16,951 bases of DNA from assembly GCA_016874675.1 (NCBI GenBank), contig VGTL01000071.1, positions 1 to 16,951 of the forward strand. The letters run 5' to 3'. Shown here piece by piece: positions 1 through 7,528 of this stretch. The stretch's first letter is position 1. Each line of letters begins with the position of its first letter. The notes under the pieces are model-generated. The model had not been told where the DNA came from. It made no database searches and worked only from the letters and a program-made list of their open reading frames with translations. The translations under genes and the position numbers were made by a program. The stretch comes from Methanobacteriota archaeon (lineage in GTDB: Archaea > Thermoplasmatota > DTKX01 > VGTL01).

Positions 1-301
1 GACGATAAATATACTTCGCTCGAGCAGAACATTTCCGGAATCCTCGATATCCTTGATGTTGTCAATGCGCCAGGGGCCCCCGCCTAAAAGTTCGACATTC
101 TGTCGAGGTTCGAAGGATTTACACTATTCCCTAGCTTACAACCCCGTATTAGAAATACGAGGCATCTACTCTCCGCATCAATTCCCTTACTAGCTAGTAC
201 GCCCCCGATGCCATCCAACCTCCAATCATCAATCCCCCTGAGCCCTATTAAACCTATCCTTCGCCCCGCCGGCAGCCGGCCCCAATTCCGCGCAAACCAT
301 C

Positions 302-383
302 CCCCCGGAGCCTTTGCCCCCGGAGCCAGGCTGCCCCGGTACCGGCATCCGGGGCCGCTAGCCCCGCCCTTCTGCGGCTCCGG
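302..383. other. structured GC-rich region: 11-mer direct repeat plus nested inverted repeats
   Basis: cccccggagcc occurs at 302-312 and again at 317-327. ccggagcc (320-327) is the reverse complement of ggctccgg (376-383). Enclosed within that pair is gccccgg-taccggcat-ccggggc (332-356), a 7-bp stem. The region lies just 3' of the tnpA stop, so it is a candidate IS right-end hairpin or RNA stem-loop. Confidence 0.4.
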
Positions 384-426
384 TCCCCCCGTCGGCAATG
401 AGGGGCATCACCTGCCGCGCCCAGAT

Positions 427-822
427 TCAGCCCCGCCGCAGGCTCTCGATTCTTTCCCCGGTTGTCAGGCCCTCCTGCGACTCGATGTATTTTTCGACCA
501 CCTCCGCCCCGTGCCCCACCGACCCGTGGAAGCTCCCCGGCGACCACAGCCCGTCCTTGCACCACGTCTTCAGCTCGGGGAACCTCTCCCGCAAGAGCCT
601 CGAGCTCCTCCCCTTGATCTTCTTGGCTATCTCGCTCACCGAGTACCTCGGCGGGTACCTGTAAAAGATATGCACGTGCTCCGCCCCGATGGCCATCCTT
701 GTCACCTCAAGACCCATCTCCCCGCATATCTTTAAAATCGCATTCCGGGCGTACTCGCGTATCCCCGGCCTCAATACCGCTCCCCGGTACTTCGGGCAGA
801 ACACGGGATGGTCCGCGAGCAT
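427..822 (-). CDS. tnpA: IS200/IS605-family transposase TnpA (HuH Y1 transposase)
   Basis: The translation has the family hallmarks. FCPKYR is near the N-terminus. HVHIF is the HuH motif. KGRSSRLLRERFPELK, LWSPGSFHGSVG and the C-terminal EKYIESQ follow; the tyrosine in EKYIESQ is the presumed catalytic Tyr. Size (~131 aa from the ATG at 822) fits the family. The ORF track extends it to a TTG at 876; the start is ambiguous. Confidence 0.85.
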   Translation of the reverse strand: MLADHPVFCPKYRGAVLRPGIREYARNAILKICGEMGLEVTRMAIGAEHVHIFYRYPPRYSVSEIAKKIKGRSSRLLRERFPELKTWCKDGLWSPGSFHGSVGHGAEVVEKYIESQEGLTTGERIESLRRG

Positions 823-838
823 CGATGTCGAGTGCCTG

Positions 839-1093
839 TCACGCCTGAGCTTCAATTCCCGTCCCCTCCGTTCCAACCGTCCGGCCGGCGAGCTGGCATA
901 TCCCGGCGACCGGGATCTTCCCCTCCAGCACGTCCAGGACCTTCTCGATGGACACCACCATGTTCACCCATTCCCTCCCGTCCTTTGTAACGAACCTGTC
1001 CGCCAGCAAAAACGCTTCCAAGTTGATGTCGAGCTTCAGCGCGCGCCCGCGTCTGCTGCGCCGCAGATATCCGATGTGATTGACGACCTTCAT
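839..1093 (-). CDS. hypothetical small basic protein (84 aa) immediately upstream of tnpA
   Basis: ATG at 1093 (minus strand) is preceded by the SD-like sequence gtgagg 5 nt upstream and a TATA-like ttcaaatac about 35 nt upstream. Its stop lies 17 nt before the tnpA ATG. I do not recognise the family; it could be an IS-associated accessory ORF or a gene remnant. Confidence 0.3.
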   Translation of the reverse strand: MKVVNHIGYLRRSRRGRALKLDINLEAFLLADRFVTKDGREWVNMVVSIEKVLDVLEGKIPVAGICQLAGRTVGTEGTGIEAQA

Positions 1094-1409
1094 GAGCCTC
1101 ACATCATTTGAAGACCCGTAACCTGTATTTGAACCGTGCGGGGGGGTGGATGAAACTGCAACCGCAAGCCCATGAAAAAGCCTAATACCCTCGAGGCATA
1201 ATATCCACGCTGGAAGGTGAACGCACCGTGCGTGGCGAAGGGCCCGCAAGCCGATTCGGCCAGGGCTGCCCCGGCAACGACCCCGGAGGAGTCATGACGC
1301 CGCCCCCCGAAGCCATGTCGCGGGCGCGTCCCCTGGCTGTCGCCCAGGCATGCCATCACCAGCCCAACGCACGGGTAGGAACAAGCCCCCCCTGACCGGA
1401 GCCACCGAA

Positions 1410-2255
1410 ATGCCCTGCGTCGTCTGCCACAAGCCCGTCCCGCCCCGCTGCCTGTACTGCCCTCGCCACCGCCGCTTCGGCCTCCTGGCCTCCGACGACC
1501 AGTCCATTTTGGAAATCAGGTTCGCGATGATCGCCGGCTGGGTCCCGGCGCTCGACGGCTTCGTCTGCGAATACTGCGGCCGTCTCCTGGACGAGACCGA
1601 CCCGGGACGCGACGACTACGCCGGCTTCGACCACATCGTCCCCGGCGAGAGGCGCCTCGCGACTTGCTGCCGCCGGTGCAACTCGATGAAGAACGCCCTC
1701 ACCGGCATCGAGTTCCGGACCGTCGTCCCCGCCCTGGCCGACCTCTGGCTGGAGGGCGTCCCTTTCAAGAAGGACATCGTACAGTTCGAGCGCTGGGACT
1801 GGAGGCGGCTCGCGCCGGCCGCGCCGGCGCCCCCTCGCGGGGTCGCCCCGTTCGAAGCGCAATTGAAAAAGTACGCCGACTGCCTGGTCTGCCACGGCAT
1901 TCTCTACCCCAGGTCGCGCTACTGCGCCCGCTGCCGGAGGTTCATAACCTCCCAGCGCGAGAACGCCGCCCGCTGCAAGGCGATGGTCGTCTCCTGGGAC
2001 CCGGTCGCGAAGGGCTTCCGCTGCCTGTATACCGGCGTCCTCTTGGACCTCCACAACCCGAAAAGCCCCTGGTACCTGACGTTCGACCACCTCGTCCCCG
2101 GGAGGGCCCCGTTGGCGGTCTGCGCCGCATGGGTCAACCGCATGAAGGGGTCGATGGCCGAGCCCGCCTTCCGCGCCCTGATACCGAACCTCGCCCGGCA
2201 CATGCGCACGGGTGCCCCCCTCGCCCCCGTTAGAATCCGCCACCCCCCTATTTAA
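1410..2255 (+). CDS. tandem-duplicated HNH endonuclease-domain protein with CxxC zinc-ribbon pairs
   Basis: Module 1 reads CVVCHK..CLYCPRH..CEYCG..FDHIVPG..CCRRCNSMKNAL, a classic HNH signature (DH..N plus a CxxC zinc site). Module 2 reads CLVCHG..YCARCRR..FDHLVPG..CAAWVNRMKG; His and Asn are retained but the CxxC is lost. The ATG at 1410 has a ggag SD 9 nt upstream. An alternative ATG at 1350 would add a low-complexity 20-aa extension. Confidence 0.7.
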   Translation: MPCVVCHKPVPPRCLYCPRHRRFGLLASDDQSILEIRFAMIAGWVPALDGFVCEYCGRLLDETDPGRDDYAGFDHIVPGERRLATCCRRCNSMKNALTGIEFRTVVPALADLWLEGVPFKKDIVQFERWDWRRLAPAAPAPPRGVAPFEAQLKKYADCLVCHGILYPRSRYCARCRRFITSQRENAARCKAMVVSWDPVAKGFRCLYTGVLLDLHNPKSPWYLTFDHLVPGRAPLAVCAAWVNRMKGSMAEPAFRALIPNLARHMRTGAPLAPVRIRHPPI

Positions 2256-2323
2256 GCGGCCCCCCCTATCCCATCCAAGGTCCCCCCCATCCCATTTAAA
2301 TTCCACTATTATATCAAAAATTG

Positions 2324-2348
2324 CTTATATGTGTATATATCATATAAC
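2324..2348 (+). promoter_or_regulatory. putative archaeal TATA/BRE region for the giant surface-protein gene
   Basis: An A/T-rich island (cttatatgtgtatatatcatataac) sits in otherwise GC-rich DNA 30-55 nt upstream of the ATG at 2378. An SD-like aagggag lies between it and the ATG. Confidence 0.45.
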
Positions 2349-2377
2349 ACCCGACGAACCCAAGGGAGCGTCTTCGC

Positions 2378-5300
2378 ATGAGAGGCAGTACCACTCGTAG
2401 GGCCGTCCTTTTCGCTGCAATGCTGCTACTGGGCAGCGTGGTCATCCTCACCCCGCCGGCCGCGGCCGCCGGCTGGACCAAGACCGACATGGGCATGCCC
2501 TACAGCCCTCTGGGCAGCTACGGCATGATGGGCATCGCCGTCGGCAACGGGGACGGCGTCAACGGGACCGACATATTCACCATCTGCGGCGACAACGCCC
2601 GCATCTACATGTACCGCTACGAGGCCGGCAAGTGGGTGACCACCGATGTGGTCCAGCTCATACGGGGCAGCTCGGTCTACGCCAACGCGATACTGATAGG
2701 CGACGGCGACGACGACGGAAACGACGAGGTGTACGCCACCGCCACGAACTACTCGTCGTTCCCCTACCAGGGCCGCCTGTTCCAGGTCCAAAACGGCACC
2801 AACGGCTGGAAGAGGACCGACTGCGGCGCCACGGGCTACTGGTGCTACGACCTTGCCTCCGGCGACGGCAACCGTGACAGCTCCAAGGAGGTCTACTCGG
2901 CCGACTACGACGGCCACATCTACGAGTACTCGAAGGGCCAGACCTGGAACTCCCAAGACATCGGCAGCTCTCCCGGGTTCGTGTACGGCGGCTACACCTA
3001 CTCCACCCGGATGAACGGTGTGGCGGTGGGCGACGGCGACAACGACGGGAAGCTCGAGGTCTACGGCGCCTCCTCGGACAACCACATCTACATGTTCACC
3101 TACTCGGGCTCGGCCTGGTCCCGGACGGACATGGGGACGGGCGAGACGCCCCAGTACTGGTACTACGGGATGCAGAAGCTCGTCGTGGGCGACGGCGACA
3201 ACGACGGCAAGAACGAGGTGTACGGCGCCTCCTACTTCAACGGGACGATCTGGCGCTACAAGTGGGACACCTCCACCTCCAAGTGGGGCATAACGAAGCT
3301 GGCATCGCTGGGCACCGGGATCACGGCCAACGACATCTGCATCGGGGACGGGAACTCCGACGGGAAAAACGAGATATACGTCGGGACGAGCAACCGGCAG
3401 GTATACGAGGTCCGGCTCAACTCGGGCAACTGGGAGTACTCCGCCGTGGGCTCCGGCAACGGCGCGATAACCGGCGTCGGGACGGGCACCGTGACCGAGG
3501 ACACGAGCGTCCTGGAGGTGTTCGCCTCCTCCGGCGACGGCCACGCCTACGAGTTCTACAACGACGCGGTGCCCCCGGCCAACCCGTACGTGTGGAGCGA
3601 CACGCACCCCGACCAGGGCACCTGGTACGCCAAGAGCAAGGTCCACGTGATGTGGAAGGACGTGGGCTACGACCGCAGCGGCATAGACGGCTACTCGGTC
3701 GATTGGGACAAATCCTCCGAGACGGTCCCCGACGAGGCCAAGGACTTCGAGCAGAGCGTCCACGAGGACACCCGGAACCTCGAGGACGGCCTCTGGTACT
3801 TCCACATCCGCGCCCGCGACAACTCCCTCAACTGGAACAAGACCGCCACGCACTTCGGCCCGATACGCATCGACACCAGACCCCCCGACGGCCTGCAGAT
3901 AACGGTGAACGGCGGCGCCGAGTACACCAACGACAAGCTGGTGACGCTCTCCCTGACGGCCTCGGACGCCGGCTCGGGCGTGGCGTCCATCTCGTTCAGC
4001 AACGACGGCTCCACCTGGAGCGAGTGGGAGTCGTTTTCGGCCACGCGCGGCGGCTGGGACCTCACGGACCCCCGCTTCGGCGCAAACGGCTCGGACGGGC
4101 CCAAGACCGTGCACGCCAGGATAAGGGACCTCGTGGGCAACGAGATCCCAGCCGACAGGCGCGCAAGCGACGGCATCTTCCTGGACCGGGTGGCGCCCCA
4201 GGGGCTCGCCATCGTCGTCAACGGCGACGCCACCTACACCGCCTCCGCACAGGTGTCGCTCTCGCTCAAGGGCTACGACCCCGATCCCGCCTCGGGGCTG
4301 TCCCAGATGTCGTTCAGCAACGACGCCGCCACCTGGGGCGACTGGACCCCCTGGAGCGAGTCGGCCTCCTGGTCCCTGGTCGCCGGCGCCGGGGGCACCG
4401 ATTCCGACGGCACCAAGATAGTGTATTTCCAGCTGCGCGACCGGGCCGGCAACGTCGGGGGCCCGGCCAAGGACTCGATATTCCTGGACCGCCGGGAGCC
4501 CGGGAGCCTGTCCATCCTGATCAACGACGGGGAGGATTACACCAACAACGCCCTCGTGACGCTCAGGATGGACGCCGTGGACCCGGACCCCGGCTCGCAG
4601 CTTGGGGACATGACGCTCGCCAACGCCGAGTCCTCCCTGGGCGACTGGGAGCCCTTCTCCAAGTCCAAGGGCGGCTGGAGCCTCGTCTCCGGGATGGGCG
4701 GCACGGACACCGACGGCGACAAGCTCGTGTACCTCAAGGTCCGCGACAACGCCGGCAACATCGGGGGCCCGGTCAGGGACTCGATATTCCTCGACCGCGT
4801 GAAGCCCTCGGCGCTGGGGATAATGATAAACGGGGGCGCCAAGTACGCCACGAGCCGGGACGTGATGCTGTCGCTTCGGGCCGTAGACGCCGACCCGTCT
4901 TCGGGGATAAGCCGCATGCAGTTCAGCAACGACGGCATCGTGTGGACGGACTGGGAGCCCTACACCCCCGACCGGACCTACACCCTCCCGGCGCCCGACG
5001 GCGAAAAGACCGTCCACTTCCGGGTGCGCGACCGCGCCGGCAACATCGCCGACGCCGTCTCCGCCTCCATAATCCTTGACACCGCCGGGCCGGTGATAGC
5101 CAACGTGCGCGTCTCGGCGCTCACCGACACGACCGCCCTCATAACCTGGACCACGGACGAGGATTCCGACTCGCTTGTCGAGTTCGGACTGAGCGCGAAC
5201 TACGGCTCCTCCGTCCCCGTGAATGACTTCGTCACCTCTCACTCGGTGTGGCTCAAGGGCCTGGCCCCGACCACCACCTACCATTTCCGGGTCCAGTCGC

Positions 5301-7528
5301 GCGATCTTGCGGGCAACCCGCCCACCGTCACGGGCGATTACATCTTCATCACCACGGCCACGCCGGACACCACCCCGCCCTCCATAAGCAACCTGGCGGT
5401 CTCCGGGATAGCCGACACGCTGGCCGTGGTCACCTGGACCACCAACGAGCCCGCCGACAGCGTCGTGCAATACGGCACGGACTCTTCCTACGGCCTGAAG
5501 GTCTCCGACCTCAAGAACTTCGTGCTCAAGCACAGCCTGACGCTGACCAACCTGCAGCAGTCCACCACCTACCGGCTGCGCGCCTACTCCATCGACCCCA
5601 GCGGCAACGGTCCGGCGCAGAGCGAGGAGATATCCTTCACGACGCTCGCCACCCCCGACACCCGGGCGCCGGTCATATCCAACGTCAGGGTCTTCGGCAT
5701 CACCGACCGGGTGGCCGTGGTGACCTGGGAGACCGACGAGCCGGCCGACGGGGCCGTCGAGTTCGGCACCGACGCGTCCTACGGCTCGAAGGCCGCCCAC
5801 GTCGGCATGGGGGCGCTCCACGAGGTCACGTTGCTCAACCTGGTGCCTCGGACGACCTACCACTTCCGCGTGCTCTCGGGCGACGCCAGCGGCAACGGGC
5901 CGGGCGCTAGCGAGGACTTCTCGTTCACGACGCTCGCCGAGCCCGACACGACAGCCCCCAGGATATCGAACCCCCGGGTGGTCGCCGTGACGCGGACCGG
6001 CGCCACGGTGCTCTGGGAGACCGACGAGATAGCCGACGGGTTCGTGGAGTACGGGACGACCACCGCCTATGGCCTGTCCTCCTCCGCCTCGGAGTACTCG
6101 CTCAGCCACAGCCTGCCCCTCAACGGCCTTTCGCCCGACACGCTCTACCACCTGCGCGTGCGCTCTGCGGACCCCAGCGGCAACCTGGGGATCGGCCCCG
6201 ACGTCACCTTCCGCACGCTCAAGACCCCCGCCGGGCAGGACCTCGTCCCGCCGGTGATATCGGCCCTGCAGGTCACCGGCGTCACGAACAGGCTTGCGAT
6301 TGTCATCTGGACGACCGACGAGCCGGCCAACGCCGAGGTCGAGTACGGGACGACCACCGCCTTTGGCCTGCGCGCGAGCGACCCGGCATACACCTACTAC
6401 CACAGCATCACCATCGACAACCTCCAGCCCTCGACGGATTACGTGCTGAGGGTCCGCTCGTTCGACATCCCGGGCAACGGCCCGACCGTCAGCGCCGAGG
6501 TCCGCTTCACCACGAAGGCGACCCCCGACACCACCGCGCCCCGGATAACCGCCGTCACCTTCTCCAACCTGACCAACACGAGCGTTCTTGTGACCTGGAC
6601 CACGGACGAGCCCTCCGACAGCCTGGTCGAATACGGCACGAGCGTGTTCTACGACCGGAACCAGACCTCGAGGCTCTTCGTGCTCGAGCACGCCATCCTC
6701 GTCACCGGCCTGGAGCCGGGCACCACCTACCACTTCCGGGTCCGGTCGACCGACCCCAGCGGGAACACCGCCGACCCGAGCGCCGACCAGAGCTTCACGA
6801 CGCTCAGGAAGTACACCCCGCCGGGCGGCGCGAAGCCGGCCCCGACGGGCGGCGAGTTCCCGTGGCTCTGGGCGGCCATTGCCGTCATAATCGTGGCGCT
6901 CGCCGTCGGGCTGTACGCGGCGAGCCGCTCCGGGCCGAGGAAGCTCCCCCCGAAGGCGCTGGACGAGCCGCGGCCCGAGCCGCGCCCGGAGGCGCCGCCG
7001 GTCGAGGCACGGTCCGCCGCGCTCGAGTCGATATCGGAGATCCCGGTGGCCGAGGCCGAAGTGGTCGAGACGCTCGACATGGACGAGGGCCCGGAGCCAG
7101 CCGGCGTGCGGCCGGCGGCCTTCGCCCCGGCCCCCCGGCCCGCCCCCGAGCCCCTGCGCCACATCCGCTGCCCCTCGTGCAAGACCCGCATCCCGATATA
7201 CAAGGAGGGAGCGCAGCAGATCACCTGCCCGGGCTGCGGAAGGACGGGCCCGTACCGGCCGAAGGCGGTCGGGACGCTCTACGCAACGGAGGCAGCGGCG
7301 CCCGAACCGCCGGCGCCTCCGGCGCCGGCGGCTTCCCCGGTGCACGCGGGCGCACCCTCGCCGATAGGAGAAGCCGCCCCGCAGGGCGGCGCGCAGACGC
7401 CCGTCCGCATGACCCGCTGCTCGGGCTGCGGGAGCCAGGTGCCGATATACAGCGACAACTACCCGGTCAGGATAACCTGCCCCGGCTGCGGAAGGAGCGG
7501 GATGTATAAAGGGCCGAGGAGATACTGA
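2378..7528 (+). CDS. giant secreted cell-surface protein (1716 aa), C-terminally membrane-anchored with a cytoplasmic double zinc-ribbon tail
   Basis: The N-terminus is a signal peptide (MRGSTTRRAVLFAAMLLLGSVVILTPPAAAAG). Four or more FG-GAP-like repeats follow (GDGDDDGNDEVY, VGDGDNDGKLEVYGA, VGDGDNDGKNEVYGA, IGDGNSDGKNEIYVG). Five ~100-aa repeats of the form DR(V/R)xP..L.I.VNGGA.YT......L.L.A.D..SG...M.FSND...W..WE follow. Then come six FN3/purple-acid-phosphatase-N-like repeats (W.TDEP.DS.VEYG......Y.H...L..L.P.T.Y..RV.S.D..GN). A single TM helix (FPWLWAAIAVIIVALAVGLYAA) precedes a Pro-rich tail containing two C-P-x-C-x(14-16)-TCPGCGR zinc ribbons. Codon bias is consistent throughout. Confidence 0.9.
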   Translation: MRGSTTRRAVLFAAMLLLGSVVILTPPAAAAGWTKTDMGMPYSPLGSYGMMGIAVGNGDGVNGTDIFTICGDNARIYMYRYEAGKWVTTDVVQLIRGSSVYANAILIGDGDDDGNDEVYATATNYSSFPYQGRLFQVQNGTNGWKRTDCGATGYWCYDLASGDGNRDSSKEVYSADYDGHIYEYSKGQTWNSQDIGSSPGFVYGGYTYSTRMNGVAVGDGDNDGKLEVYGASSDNHIYMFTYSGSAWSRTDMGTGETPQYWYYGMQKLVVGDGDNDGKNEVYGASYFNGTIWRYKWDTSTSKWGITKLASLGTGITANDICIGDGNSDGKNEIYVGTSNRQVYEVRLNSGNWEYSAVGSGNGAITGVGTGTVTEDTSVLEVFASSGDGHAYEFYNDAVPPANPYVWSDTHPDQGTWYAKSKVHVMWKDVGYDRSGIDGYSVDWDKSSETVPDEAKDFEQSVHEDTRNLEDGLWYFHIRARDNSLNWNKTATHFGPIRIDTRPPDGLQITVNGGAEYTNDKLVTLSLTASDAGSGVASISFSNDGSTWSEWESFSATRGGWDLTDPRFGANGSDGPKTVHARIRDLVGNEIPADRRASDGIFLDRVAPQGLAIVVNGDATYTASAQVSLSLKGYDPDPASGLSQMSFSNDAATWGDWTPWSESASWSLVAGAGGTDSDGTKIVYFQLRDRAGNVGGPAKDSIFLDRREPGSLSILINDGEDYTNNALVTLRMDAVDPDPGSQLGDMTLANAESSLGDWEPFSKSKGGWSLVSGMGGTDTDGDKLVYLKVRDNAGNIGGPVRDSIFLDRVKPSALGIMINGGAKYATSRDVMLSLRAVDADPSSGISRMQFSNDGIVWTDWEPYTPDRTYTLPAPDGEKTVHFRVRDRAGNIADAVSASIILDTAGPVIANVRVSALTDTTALITWTTDEDSDSLVEFGLSANYGSSVPVNDFVTSHSVWLKGLAPTTTYHFRVQSRDLAGNPPTVTGDYIFITTATPDTTPPSISNLAVSGIADTLAVVTWTTNEPADSVVQYGTDSSYGLKVSDLKNFVLKHSLTLTNLQQSTTYRLRAYSIDPSGNGPAQSEEISFTTLATPDTRAPVISNVRVFGITDRVAVVTWETDEPADGAVEFGTDASYGSKAAHVGMGALHEVTLLNLVPRTTYHFRVLSGDASGNGPGASEDFSFTTLAEPDTTAPRISNPRVVAVTRTGATVLWETDEIADGFVEYGTTTAYGLSSSASEYSLSHSLPLNGLSPDTLYHLRVRSADPSGNLGIGPDVTFRTLKTPAGQDLVPPVISALQVTGVTNRLAIVIWTTDEPANAEVEYGTTTAFGLRASDPAYTYYHSITIDNLQPSTDYVLRVRSFDIPGNGPTVSAEVRFTTKATPDTTAPRITAVTFSNLTNTSVLVTWTTDEPSDSLVEYGTSVFYDRNQTSRLFVLEHAILVTGLEPGTTYHFRVRSTDPSGNTADPSADQSFTTLRKYTPPGGAKPAPTGGEFPWLWAAIAVIIVALAVGLYAASRSGPRKLPPKALDEPRPEPRPEAPPVEARSAALESISEIPVAEAEVVETLDMDEGPEPAGVRPAAFAPAPRPAPEPLRHIRCPSCKTRIPIYKEGAQQITCPGCGRTGPYRPKAVGTLYATEAAAPEPPAPPAPAASPVHAGAPSPIGEAAPQGGAQTPVRMTRCSGCGSQVPIYSDNYPVRITCPGCGRSGMYKGPRRY
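3872..5090 (+). repeat. four tandem ~306-nt intragenic repeats encoding ~102-aa Ig-like domains
   Basis: The period is exactly 306 nt between 4445-4493 and 4751-4799, which are about 90% identical at DNA level (gccggcaac.tcgggggcccgg..ca.ggactcgatattcct.gaccgc). A more diverged copy lies upstream at 3578-3871. Confidence 0.7.
5083..6830 (+). repeat. six tandem ~290-nt intragenic repeats encoding FN3/PAP-N-like domains
   Basis: A ~96-aa unit recurs, each ending in the linker TT(L/A)ATPDTT(A/P)P. The DNA-level period is 288-291 nt: compare 5361, 5651, 5939 and 6520, each reading acgccggacacc or acccccgacacc. Confidence 0.7.

Larger units (their letters stand above)
302..1130 (-). mobile_element. 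IS200-type insertion sequence (tnpA-only); ends not determinable
   Basis: tnpA is flanked downstream (300-390) by nested inverted repeats, as expected for a subterminal hairpin. No TnpB-sized ORF is present. The boundaries are guesses. Confidence 0.3.

Noticed and set aside
1-87. Plus-strand frame-1 open stretch ending at TAA 85-87 (…ILDILDVVNAPGAPA*)
   Set aside because: Only 28 codons are visible. Third positions are A/T-rich, unlike every confident gene here. It could be the end of a foreign or IS-borne gene, but that cannot be supported.
100-120. ggttcgaagga resembling a tRNA T-loop
   Set aside because: The flanking sequence cannot form a T-stem, and no acceptor or anticodon arms could be found by eye.
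84-398. 104-aa minus-strand ORF downstream of tnpA
   Set aside because: The translation is G/P/R-rich and low-complexity, and it spans the nested-hairpin region. It is more likely non-coding IS end sequence.
427-876. Idea that the TnpA is catalytically dead because the SY in the W.xSY region is replaced by SF
   Set aside because: In this family the catalytic tyrosine lies in the C-terminal helix (KYIExQ), which is present here as EKYIESQ. The HuH motif HVHIF is also intact.
1356-2306. 316-aa minus-strand ORF opposite the HNH gene
   Set aside because: It is an antisense shadow ORF with G/A/R-rich, low-complexity translation. The plus frame carries coherent HNH/CxxC motifs.
3262-5079. 605-aa plus-strand ORF inside the giant gene in another frame
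   Set aside because: It is an off-frame translation giving an R/G/D/P-rich product. Several similar minus-strand ORFs in the same span were judged the same way.
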